A DNA stretch of 64,000 nt from an uncultured Dehalococcoidales bacterium (GTDB lineage Bacteria; Chloroflexota; Dehalococcoidia; Dehalococcoidales; UBA5627), in assembly GCA_964399425.1 (NCBI GenBank), contig CAYNQR010000002.1:97084-161083 (forward strand), in the 5' to 3' direction. Position 1 is the stretch's first letter. Each line of letters opens with the position of its first letter. The position numbers and the translations under genes were made by a program. Shown piece by piece: positions 25,980 to 36,000 of the stretch. Below the pieces are notes generated by a model, which saw nothing but the letters and a program-made list of their open reading frames with translations, was not told the origin of the DNA and ran no database searches.

Positions 25980-26875
25980 TTAATTACGCCGTCCAGCGCT
26001 TCCCTGAATATCTTGAAATCCGCGGCGTGCTTTTGGCGCGATATTCCGATGACAACGCCTTTTAATTGAGAAACTTCGTTGATATATCCGATAGCCTCTG
26101 CCGGCTGAATGTAACCGCCGGCAAGGATGCTCATAGCGATTACTTCCGTCTGCGGAATATATGCCAGCGCTTTTTCGCATTCGTCTTTGCAGGGATTCAT
26201 CTGGAAACCTGTTTTATTATAAGGAGCTACTATTACCACTCTTGTTACATCTATGCCCAGCTTTATCAAATTGTTTATTAGCAAAGGGGAATTACGCGTC
26301 TCGAATCCGGGTTTAATCTTCATACTTGTCATAAAATTAATAAAAGACTTGAATAACCAATCAAGATTCAATGCCAGCGCCATTTCGGTGATAATTTCAT
26401 GCAGCAAAAAACAATGGGGCGCTTGTTTGGAGTTGGCGTACCTGCGTATTCTGAATATCTCGTAATATAAATAGGCTTTCATCAAACTGGCAGGGTCTTG
26501 AAAAACGACACCTTTGAAGCCGCAAAACATCGCTTTGATATTGCCCGATGCTATTATTTGTTTTGCCAGATGAATAGCCATACCGGGAGTGCCCAATTGT
26601 GAAGCCAGCCTGACATAATCCGAGGCAGCCGGCGCAATGGCGTATAGTTTGACAGAAATACCTTTTTCAGCCAATGACCTGATAATTTTAAGTGTAACTT
26701 CGCTGACAGAAAACATGAAACCGTCGGCCCCGTTTTCCGTGGCGATTTTTACTAATTCCGCACAGTATTCTGGATTCGAGATTTGGTTATCCCTGCTGCG
26801 CGCCCTGTTTTGAGACAGGTGGCTTACACCATGAAACGGATTATCGCCCACCAGGAGTATTTTATGATTGTGCAT
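25976..26875 (-). CDS. Conserved hypothetical protein in the glycosylation operon
   Basis: 299-aa ORF overlapping both neighbours; GDNPFHGVSHLS and IAMSILAGG motifs; function not recognised. Confidence 0.75.
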   Translation of the reverse strand: MHNHKILLVGDNPFHGVSHLSQNRARSRDNQISNPEYCAELVKIATENGADGFMFSVSEVTLKIIRSLAEKGISVKLYAIAPAASDYVRLASQLGTPGMAIHLAKQIIASGNIKAMFCGFKGVVFQDPASLMKAYLYYEIFRIRRYANSKQAPHCFLLHEIITEMALALNLDWLFKSFINFMTSMKIKPGFETRNSPLLINNLIKLGIDVTRVVIVAPYNKTGFQMNPCKDECEKALAYIPQTEVIAMSILAGGYIQPAEAIGYINEVSQLKGVVIGISRQKHAADFKIFREALDGVIK

Positions 26876-27866
26876 AATCGAACTCCCGTTTTTCCTTCTC
26901 GACCTGTTCGATTAAGCAATCGACCCTTGCCGCCTCTGCAAAATCGGGTTCTGCTTTCCCGCCTTGCATGACCGCTTCTATGAAATGCGCATCCTCGCGA
27001 TAATATTCGGAGGCTGCCAGCAAAAACGGAACGTTGTCATCAATGTCCTGGCGATGCAGTTCCCTGCATCCTCCGGAATACTTTTCGATTTTAATCCGGT
27101 CGGAATTTACCGATATTATTCCTCTGGAACCGCTGATTACTAAACCGAATTCAGGCAGCCGGTAGCCGTCTTTAATCCAGGAAATATCGTAATCGCCTTG
27201 CATTCCTGCGGCGCTTTTTACGCAGAAACGTGAACCGTTATCGACGCCGTTTTTATAATCTTCATCGCGTTCTACGGACGTAAGTTCAAGGTCTCCGAAT
27301 AACCACAGGCTTAAATCGATGATATGGGCGCCGAGGTCGCGGGTGGCGCCGCCTTTTACAGTTGAAGCCTTGTCATTGCCGTGGGCAAAATCCGAAGCAT
27401 AGGCATAAGCCTTGAAAGAAAGCGCTTCACCGGCTTCTCCTTCCTGCAATAACAAACGAGCCGTTTGGTAGGTAGGAGCGAACCTGCTCATATAACCGAC
27501 CATAGTTGTTCCGCCGTTTTCTTTTGCCAGTTGACATAAATGTTGTGCCTGTTCATAATTCGAAGCCAGCGTTTTTTCCACGAAAATATTTTTAGTAATG
27601 CCTTTTGCATACAGGTCTTTTACAATGGAGTAGTGGCTGGGGATGGGGGTGGTTACATAAACGGCATCGTATTTGCAGGAGGCGAATTTATCGTATTTAT
27701 CCGTTACCATAACATGGTCGATAGCTTTGCCCAAAAATCTCTTCATTAATGAACTTTTATCATAAATAGCCACGAGCGAAGCGCCGGGAATACTGTTAAT
27801 CAGGCTGGCATGCAGCAAGCCCATTTTCCCCATTCCGACGACGGCAATTTTCAGAGGATTGCTCAC
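26862..27866 (-). CDS. Gfo/Idh/MocA family oxidoreductase
   Basis: VVGMGKMG, VTTPIPSH, FVEKTLA, GGATRDLGAH. Confidence 0.9.
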   Translation of the reverse strand: MSNPLKIAVVGMGKMGLLHASLINSIPGASLVAIYDKSSLMKRFLGKAIDHVMVTDKYDKFASCKYDAVYVTTPIPSHYSIVKDLYAKGITKNIFVEKTLASNYEQAQHLCQLAKENGGTTMVGYMSRFAPTYQTARLLLQEGEAGEALSFKAYAYASDFAHGNDKASTVKGGATRDLGAHIIDLSLWLFGDLELTSVERDEDYKNGVDNGSRFCVKSAAGMQGDYDISWIKDGYRLPEFGLVISGSRGIISVNSDRIKIEKYSGGCRELHRQDIDDNVPFLLAASEYYREDAHFIEAVMQGGKAEPDFAEAARVDCLIEQVEKEKREFDYAQS

Positions 27867-27938
27867 CTTATAAAATCCTTTTCGATCTAATCAATTCTTA
27901 TTACTATTGTTGAAGCCTCATCAAGCTTTCTCAATTAA

Positions 27939-28628
27939 TTAAAAGCGTTCTTTGATAATAATAAATAAATCCTTAAAACCCTGTTTAAAACCAGATACCT
28001 TGCTGACGCTGCCGATGCGTCCTTTATCTATTTGCCGTATTTCAACCACCTTTAAGCCGGCTTTTTGAGCCTTGACAACCATTTCCTGCTCCATTTCAAA
28101 TCCATCATAACGCAGGTTTAATCTAAGAAAATCTTCTTTCCGCAGGGCATTGTAACCGGAACATACATCGGTATACTTGGTGCCGAATAATATATTGGTT
28201 GTTTTTGTAAGAACCCAGTTGCCGAATTTATGATAAAGCGGCATTTTGGGGTTGGCGTTCAAGAACCTGGAACCTTTGGCAAAATCGTAGCCGTCCGTCA
28301 ATGCCTCAATATATTTGGACAAGTCAGCCGGGTCGGTGGAACCGTCGGCATCCATGGTGACTACTATTTCACCTGCGGCATTTTTAAACCCGTGTTTCAG
28401 GGCATCCCCCTTACCTTTTCCCTGTTGATAGATAACTTTTAAATCCGGACGGATGGTCCTGGCTATTTCGATAGTTTTATCGGTCGAATGCCCGTCGACA
28501 AGCAGAATTTCATCTATCCAATCCGGTATCTTCGGTAAGACGTGCGTCAGGTTCTGCGCTTCATTCAGTGTGCAGATGATTACCGATACGGGCGGACAGT
28601 TTGCCGGTCTTTGGATGTTCATAATCAA
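27939..28628 (-). CDS. GT2, dolichyl/polyprenyl-phosphate glycosyltransferase (DPM1-like); start may be 28622
   Basis: CTLNEA, VDGHSTDKT, GKGDAL, MDADGSTDP, GSRF, YTDVCSGY, GFEMEQEM. Confidence 0.85.
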   Translation of the reverse strand: MIMNIQRPANCPPVSVIICTLNEAQNLTHVLPKIPDWIDEILLVDGHSTDKTIEIARTIRPDLKVIYQQGKGKGDALKHGFKNAAGEIVVTMDADGSTDPADLSKYIEALTDGYDFAKGSRFLNANPKMPLYHKFGNWVLTKTTNILFGTKYTDVCSGYNALRKEDFLRLNLRYDGFEMEQEMVVKAQKAGLKVVEIRQIDKGRIGSVSKVSGFKQGFKDLFIIIKERF

Positions 28629-28635
28629 GCTATTA

Positions 28636-29310
28636 TCACTTAACTAACATATCGATAGCCTTGTTGGCATCATTTATAAACTGCCTGACAGTCTCGCGCG
28701 TATATTGATGGTCTGCCATCTTTGCCAGCAATGCCGGCGGAATGGTAACGATGTGGGCGCCGGCTAAAGCGGCGGAGATGGCATCTCCTACCGAGCGGAT
28801 GCTGCCGGCAATAATTTTGCTCCGGTAATCCCAGCGTTCCAGCCAATCGACTGCTTCGGTGATTACTGCGGCGGCATCTCCGCCTTCGTCGGAAATCCTG
28901 CCGGCAAAGATACTGATGTATGTAGCGCCTGCTTTTGCTGCCAGCATCACCTGCCCGATGGAAAGCGCGGCTGTGGCATTAACCCTGATGCCGTCTTCTT
29001 CCAGTTGTCTTATAACACCGTAGCAGGGAACGCCATCCTCATTGATTTGCGGTATCTTGATAACGATATTCTGCGCCCATGAGTTGAATTTTTTTGCCTG
29101 AGATATCATTTCGGAGAGGTCGTTGGTAGTTACCTCTACCGAGAGGGGGTAGGGGAATATCAGAGTGGCGATTTCACGCGCGCGCGTTTCGATATTGTAA
29201 GCGCCGTCCTTTAACATGATGGAAGGATTGGTGGTTACCCCGTCGATGACTCCCATGTCCGTCCATTTACGGATTTCGTTCAAGTTCGCCGAATCCAAAA
29301 AGATTTCCAT
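28636..29310 (-). CDS. tal: Transaldolase (TalC/FSA fold, transaldolase-type residues)
   Basis: IFLDSAN, GVTTNPS, SVEV (Glu), VIKIP (Schiff-base Lys), YISIFAGR (Phe, where FSA has Tyr), GSIR. Confidence 0.85.
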   Translation of the reverse strand: MEIFLDSANLNEIRKWTDMGVIDGVTTNPSIMLKDGAYNIETRAREIATLIFPYPLSVEVTTNDLSEMISQAKKFNSWAQNIVIKIPQINEDGVPCYGVIRQLEEDGIRVNATAALSIGQVMLAAKAGATYISIFAGRISDEGGDAAAVITEAVDWLERWDYRSKIIAGSIRSVGDAISAALAGAHIVTIPPALLAKMADHQYTRETVRQFINDANKAIDMLVK

Positions 29311-29334
29311 ATTCCCTCCTCCACTGAATCTATT

Positions 29335-29928
29335 TCATAGAGTTGTAGTATCTTTAATTAAAAATGCCGACTGCAAAAGGTTCCCACAAATGAAATCGGG
29401 TTTTACATTCTCCTGTTCCATGCGATGGCATAGCTCGCATTTTCCCTTCCCGATGAGTATCGTGCGGCACCCTGCGCTTTTACCTGACTGTATATCGGTA
29501 ATTCCATCGCCTACCATCCATGATGATTTAAGGTCGATATCCAGTTCGTTTGCAGCTTTTTTTATCAGACCTGGCTCGGGTTTACGGCAATCGCAGATTT
29601 CTTTCAAATCCGTTAATATTGCCTGCGGATGATGCAGACAATAAAACTCGGCGTCTATAAACGAATTTGCTTTATCCAGTTCATCGATAAGTCGACGGCG
29701 GATTGCCTCGAAAGTCTTCATAGACATATGTTTCTTGGCGATACCGGGTTGATTGGAAACTATAATTGCTTTATACCCGGCTTGGTGAATAATTTGTATG
29801 GCTTCAGGGACGCCATCGATAATCCGCAACTGGCTGACAGTAAACGGGGAATCGATGATTCCCTGCTCCCGGTGATAGATAAGTTCGTTTATCACTCCGT
29901 CGCGGTCGATGAATACGGCTTTTTCCAT
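29335..29928 (-). CDS. gmhB: D-glycero-D-manno-heptose 1,7-bisphosphate phosphatase
   Basis: VFIDRDGVIN, VSNQPG, YCLHHP..CDCRKPEPGL, WMVGD. Confidence 0.9.
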   Translation of the reverse strand: MEKAVFIDRDGVINELIYHREQGIIDSPFTVSQLRIIDGVPEAIQIIHQAGYKAIIVSNQPGIAKKHMSMKTFEAIRRRLIDELDKANSFIDAEFYCLHHPQAILTDLKEICDCRKPEPGLIKKAANELDIDLKSSWMVGDGITDIQSGKSAGCRTILIGKGKCELCHRMEQENVKPDFICGNLLQSAFLIKDTTTL

Positions 29929-29945
29929 AACTGCTTTGTCCCTTT

Positions 29946-30542
29946 TTATTTAACGGATTCCCATTTCATTTCCGCTGCCTTCAGCTTCGGGTGTGAAACA
30001 ATCAGATGCCAGACGACGGCCTGGAATGCTTCTGTATGGGGTGTTATCGAATTTGGATTAACGGTAGGGATTACTATACAGCTATCGGCTACACCGGCGG
30101 TATATCCGCCGTCACGCCCGACAATGCCGAGTATGGCGGCTCCTTTTTGTTTGGCATATTGGAGCGCGCGAACCAGATTGAAGCTGATTTTCTTCTCTTC
30201 GCTTCCTCCTCCGACCGAAAAAATAAAAATGCCGTCGCTGCCATTCAAACGGCTTATTTTCAGCCATTCCACAAAAGCCCCTTCCCAGCCGTCGTCATTG
30301 ATGCGGGCGGTCAGTTCGGAGACATTATCGAGCGGAGAATACGATTCGATAGCGGCTATTTTCCTGAAATCATTTACGGCGTGTGTCGCATTGCCGGCGC
30401 CGCCGCCGACCCCCAGGAAAAACAGGCGGCCGCCTTTTTTGCGGATAGCGCAAATAATATCCACCATTTTTTCGATATCGCGGCGGTTCAGTAATCCGGC
30501 TATCTCCGCCGCTTCTTTCAGGTATTCATCCGTATACATCAT
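29946..30542 (-). CDS. gmhA: Phosphoheptose isomerase (SIS domain)
   Basis: GVGGGAGNATHAVNDFRK, TARIND, FSVGGG, HTEAFQ. Start set at 30542 (ATGA overlap with the hddA stop). Confidence 0.85.
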   Translation of the reverse strand: MMYTDEYLKEAAEIAGLLNRRDIEKMVDIICAIRKKGGRLFFLGVGGGAGNATHAVNDFRKIAAIESYSPLDNVSELTARINDDGWEGAFVEWLKISRLNGSDGIFIFSVGGGSEEKKISFNLVRALQYAKQKGAAILGIVGRDGGYTAGVADSCIVIPTVNPNSITPHTEAFQAVVWHLIVSHPKLKAAEMKWESVK

Positions 30543-31540
30543 CTGTATCTCACCGACGTATTTGCCAGTATTTTTGTGCCGTCGAAATCGAAGTGGAATT
30601 TTTCCCATCTCAAACCGGCGCTTTCCATTTTCTGTATAATGCGTTTTTTACATCCGTATTCACAGTAGAAAAGCAGAAAACCGCCGCCGCCGGCGCCGAT
30701 TAGTTTGCCGCCTAAAGCCCCGTTCTTGCGGGCAAGCTCATAGCATTCATCGATATGAGGGTCGGATATTTTTCCTGAGCGTTTCTTTTTTAATTCCCAG
30801 TGAGCATTCATCGATTCTCCAAGCATATCCAGATTACCGTGCTCAAGGTATTTTCTGGTTTGAAGCCCGATATCTTTTATATGGTTCAAATTGTCGATAA
30901 TTGACGGGTCGCCATCTTTAGACTTTTTATCCTGTTCGAAAAGTATTTCGGAGGCGTTTCTTTCCCTGCCGGTAAAAAACATCAATAATTTATCTTCAAG
31001 CCCATCTATGTCATCGGGGGAAATGCTCAGCGGTTCAACGATTACCGTTCCGTCTTTTTCGTAAGTGAGACAGGTCAAACCCCCGAATGCCGCCATATAC
31101 TGGTCCTGCTTACCTATCGGCTCTCCCATTAGATCCAACTCGATATGGCAGGCTTCTTCGGCCAATCTCTTTTGAGTGGTATAATCCTTGTTGTAAACAT
31201 GAAGGGCATGCAGTAAAGCAACCGTAAAACTGGAGGAAGACCCCAGCCCGCAGCCGGAAGGCACATCTGCGGCAGAATGCAATTCAATGCCGTGGTGTAT
31301 GCCCACCGTTTCCAGAGCCGCGCGGAAGATGCGGTGCTTGATATTGCAAATATTATCTACTATTTCCGTTTCGGAATAGCTTAAGCGTATGCTGTCGTAG
31401 AATCTCTTGTGCGCTGTTATATTGCAGTATTTATCGATAGCTCCGGCAATCAGAAAGCCGCCATATCTGGAATAATAGGATGGCAGGTCTGTTCCGCCGC
31501 CGCCCAGAGTAATGCGCATCGGAGCCCTGGCTAAAATCAT
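30539..31540 (-). CDS. hddA: D-glycero-alpha-D-manno-heptose 7-phosphate kinase (GHMP family)
   Basis: ARAPMRITLGGGGTDLPSY, GLGSSS, GKQDQY, GGKLIGAGGGGF. Confidence 0.9.
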   Translation of the reverse strand: MILARAPMRITLGGGGTDLPSYYSRYGGFLIAGAIDKYCNITAHKRFYDSIRLSYSETEIVDNICNIKHRIFRAALETVGIHHGIELHSAADVPSGCGLGSSSSFTVALLHALHVYNKDYTTQKRLAEEACHIELDLMGEPIGKQDQYMAAFGGLTCLTYEKDGTVIVEPLSISPDDIDGLEDKLLMFFTGRERNASEILFEQDKKSKDGDPSIIDNLNHIKDIGLQTRKYLEHGNLDMLGESMNAHWELKKKRSGKISDPHIDECYELARKNGALGGKLIGAGGGGFLLFYCEYGCKKRIIQKMESAGLRWEKFHFDFDGTKILANTSVRYR

Positions 31541-32250
31541 TTTTTTGCTCCTGTAAGCGTTATAAAATCTTCCAAACCTGCCGGTGAACCGATTTCATAA
31601 AAACGTTCCTTTACTTCATATGCCAGCAGTTCCTTATCCGCTATCAGCGAGGTAAAAACATCTCCCAGTTCGTAAAAACAGTCTTCCGGTATTCTCGATA
31701 GCATATCCTTGCGGAAAAGGTTTACCCCGTATTCTATGTAAGCCATATCGGCAGTTTTTTTACGCTTGTTGTACTTGGCAACAATATCTCCGCTGATTAC
31801 AGTGTTGCTAAAATCATAGAGGTCGTTGTTTTTATAAACAGTCATGAGCGCCAGTTTGTTTTTAGCTTGGAAGAAATCCCAAATAGCGGCAAAATCCGGT
31901 GTAACGTAGGAGTCTCCGTATATGGTAAAGAACCTGTCTTCAAGCAGCATTTCAGCGTTCTTAAGCGCTCCCGCCGTACCCAAAGGCTTATCTTCATAAC
32001 TATATGTTATATCGGTTCCAAACCGGCTTCCGTCACCGAAACAGCTTTCAATCTGTTCACCAAGATGCCCCAGGCACATCAATACCTTGCTGAATCCATT
32101 TTGTTTGAATATCTCCAACTGGTATTCAAGAAAAGGTTTGCCACAGATATCGACCATTGATTTGGGACGATTATGCGTCAAGTCGCCCAGCCTGGTAGCC
32201 AAACCGCCTGCCAGTACTACTATCTGCACATTATCCGTTTTAAAAGACAT
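31537..32250 (-). CDS. hddC: Sugar-phosphate nucleotidyltransferase (HddC-like)
   Basis: VLAGGLATRL, PKSMVDICGKPFL, PLGTAGAL, YGDSY, FYEIGS; first gene of the heptose operon. Confidence 0.8.
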   Translation of the reverse strand: MSFKTDNVQIVVLAGGLATRLGDLTHNRPKSMVDICGKPFLEYQLEIFKQNGFSKVLMCLGHLGEQIESCFGDGSRFGTDITYSYEDKPLGTAGALKNAEMLLEDRFFTIYGDSYVTPDFAAIWDFFQAKNKLALMTVYKNNDLYDFSNTVISGDIVAKYNKRKKTADMAYIEYGVNLFRKDMLSRIPEDCFYELGDVFTSLIADKELLAYEVKERFYEIGSPAGLEDFITLTGAKK

Positions 32251-33056
32251 AGTGTTACTCGGACAATTATTGTGATAATAAAATCGTATCTATAATGACT
32301 TAAATATAATATAATATACTATAATGGACATATATGGACAATTATTCAGTAATTGCTTGTAAAAGTCAAGAAATTGTAAGAGTCCATCATACATTGAATG
32401 ATATGGTTTCTTAACTGAACGATATAGGAAAATAGTAATGATTTGTATAAAAAGGGTTGACGTGGCGATATTCGGGGTATATCATTATCTTGTAAACTAA
32501 ACATATGCGACAATTATTAGCAATATCGAAGCATAAGATTGCTGTCTATGATATAGAAATAAATTTAATATGGGTTTAGCAAGTGAAATATGCAGCATTA
32601 GCCGATTCTGTTGACTTCGAAAAACGGAATCGCAGGCTACAAGAAAACGCTAATATAAAGTATAAATTAATCATTCATTACTTTAATAATACATTTTACC
32701 CTGATGATTATTCCCACAGAGTTCACCGGCAGACGGCAAATAGCCGAATTTCAGCCATTCTTTACAAGTTTCAATCCGAAGACCGAAGACGAACTGCCAT
32801 TTCAGAGCTGAGATTTAATAATTCCGTAACATCCGCACTGCCGCAGGCTATTATATCTTGTTGATATTCGCACTATATTAAAAGTGTATTTATAACTTAA
32901 TTGACGAAAAAATGAACCGGCCAATGGAAGCTGACGGGGAATGTACATGTATACAGATAGCGGCAGTATTTGATGGACGGGTAGATGTCAAGGGAGTTGT
33001 CATGCAGGTTATAAGTGCAAAGTTAAATCGGGTGAAAACAAGGAGGATATAGCATA

Positions 33057-36000
33057 ATGATAAGAGGTATTAAAACTTCAGGACGCTGGTTGTTGTCTGT
33101 TGTCTTGATGATTGTGATTAGTGTAGCCTTGACGGCTGCGTTGAATGTATGGGCAGCAGATTCCCCCGAGATACACCATGGGGTTTTTGCAGAAGCACCG
33201 TATGCGCAGGAAGACCTAACTGCCGTGGTCAATTACAAATATCAAGCACCATTAATTGCAGGCGGCAGCTACGTTTCCACGACTGAATATGGCACGATGG
33301 AAGCTGTGCTAATATCATTTGATGGAGGTTCGACCTATGCAACCGATCGGGGCGGATGTATCTATATACAGACGGTAATCACCGGACTCTCTGCAGGCGA
33401 TATTGTCGAGGTAGATAACGATTATTTTTATAACGATGGTTCCGGTTATTCTTCCTACTGGGACCAGGCTGCTTACTGGATAGAAGTAGGGGATTATACG
33501 CATAATGCGTTGAATACAATCAATAACTGGTTGATATATATCGAACCTGATGGCAGTGGTACTTATACTGTTGTTATAGGTTCCGGACAGTACAACCTGG
33601 CAGAAAACGATGATGACCTGACAACAATCATCGGTCATTCTTTCCAGTTGACCCGCGATGTTAAAGTGTACAGCGGACAAACTCTTAGTAATCCGTCGGT
33701 CAGTTCACGCGGTTATACGTATTCAACTAATGAAGATACCAGTGGTTGGGGTACTCCGATCATCGATGAATCATATAGCACTCCAGACTTGACTTATGTG
33801 GCGCCGCAGTTTACATATGTGAATGATGATTGGGCGGGAGCTGACAACGGGGATATAGTCGGCGATAGCCACGTCTTTGGAATGGATGCTTTCGCCACTA
33901 TACAGCAAGCTATCGATGGAACTGCTGACGGCGGCACAGTTAATATAGCGGCGGGGACATATGTCAATGATCCGTATAATAGCTCTTTGAGTATTCCTGA
34001 AAGCTACCGTATCACAAAACAAATCACCTTGCTCGGAGCACAGGCGGGTGTTTCTCCGGAAGGAAGTGTTGACAGAGGCGAAGAAACTATTCTTGTACGG
34101 ACAAATGGAACTCCCTATTCGTTATATGCTTCAAATATAATTATTGATGGTTTTACCTTTACCAGCGGCGATGGTTCCGGCGGCGGTCGAATAATTGTTG
34201 TTGGTGATAATGTCGTAATCCAGAACTGCATAATCAGGGATATAAGCGGAACTGATCCTCATGGGTTGTGGATTGCTACCGATGCAGACAATGCTCTCAT
34301 TGATAATAACACATTCTCTAATACAGCATGGGAAGCTATCACATGCGATGGAAACGCCATCATATCAAACAATACCATTAAGAATATAGCAAGCAACAAG
34401 GGTATTAACCTGTCAGATACCAGTGATGTAACGGTAACTAACAATACAATATCTAACACATTCTATGAAGGGATTTTTTGTGCAGGAGAAGCAATCATTA
34501 CCTTTAACGATATCAGCAGCGTGTATATAGGAATCCAATTAAGACCATCGAGCAATGCTACAGTATCCAATAACGTCATCTACAACACACAATATGAAGG
34601 TATTGCAGCTCATGCGGCTGCGACTGTCCAGGACAACGAAATATACGGATGCTACCACGGAATCCAGATACGAAATGCTGCAAGCGGGTGGACAATCCAA
34701 GGAAACAACATACATGATAATACCTATCATGGAATAGAAATGCCCAATTATGAAGGTTCGGAACCGGTTGTTACCCAGGCTTTAATCGAGAATAATACAT
34801 TCGCCGGTAATGGAGGATGGGGCATTTACATCGGGGGTGCCGGTGAAGGTTCCGGCTTAAATATAACACAAAATTTATTTACTGGCGATAACGTTAATGG
34901 TGCTCTGGCAGCACATAATTTAGCTTCTCCGGTTAATGCCACTCTAAACTGGTGGGGCGATACCGGCGGTCCGACTCATGCAAGCAATACCTACAATATA
35001 GGTCAGCAGGGCGATGCGGTTTCCGATAATGTTATCTTCGCGCCATGGCTGGATGCCGCGCCGCCGGGTGGGGAAAGCTTTGCTCCAGTAACCAATGGAG
35101 ATAACAGCTATGCTTCCATTCAGGCGGCTATCGATGACGCTACAGCAGGAGACACCATCAACGTAGCGGCGGGGACGTATGACGAGAACATTACGGTTGA
35201 TAAGTCCCTCACTATTAACGGTGCCGGAGCCGGCGACACAACCATCGACGGTGATGGTAGCGGTGTGGTAGTGCTAATTACAGCCAGTAACGTCACGTTT
35301 CAAGGGTTCAATGTAACTGGTTCAGGTAATAATATACAAGCACACGCCGGTATCGTACTTCAGGGAGTGACCGGCTGTACAATTGAAAACAATACAGTCA
35401 GTAATAATGATGCTAACGGCATTGCATTGGCGATATCGAGTAACAATATTATACGAAACAATGCGACTAATAATAATGGTGCCTGGGGTATTGTTGTTGT
35501 AAATCCCGGAACAAATGATAGCGAAGCAACGGCAATGGCATCTACCGGAAATACTTTCGAAGGCAATACCAGTAACGATAACGGGGCAGAAGGTATTTAT
35601 CTCGATAAGCGCTGTAACAATAACAGTGTAATCGATAATACTCTGTCCGGAAATTCAGGAAACGGTATCCACCTTTACGAATCACATAATAATACAATTA
35701 CAGGCAATACAATTTCCGATAATGTCCTGTCAGGTATTTATATAAAGAGCCATGATAATGACGTATCCGAAAATACTATTACCGGTAACAATACAGGCAA
35801 TTCAAGTGAACATGCCGGTATTTATTTGAAGAGCGGGTGGATAGATCATAAAAGCCATGTTGAAGGCAACCAGCTTTTAGCCGAAAACAATAGCATAAAC
35901 CATAACAATATCTCGGGGAACAATAATGCCGGGGTGTTATACTTGGAAAACGAGTATACCTATGATGATGATCTCGTCATAGATGCCACTCTAAACTGGT

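Noticed and set aside
28636-29310. Fructose-6-phosphate aldolase call
   Set aside because: Both diagnostic positions are transaldolase-type (Glu in SVEV, Phe in ISIFAGR).
29629-30639. 336-aa plus-strand ORF
   Set aside because: Antisense shadow of gmhA/gmhB/hddA, which have clear motifs on the minus strand.
28636-32250. LPS inner-core (ADP-heptose) biosynthesis
   Set aside because: The kinase is GHMP-type HddA with a separate nucleotidyltransferase, not HldE, and there are no waa or lpx genes in the window.
32583-32864. 93-aa ORF in the long intergenic region (also 40414-40620 and 40520-40921)
   Set aside because: No convincing RBS or motif, AT-rich non-coding appearance. It cannot be fully excluded without ribosome profiling.
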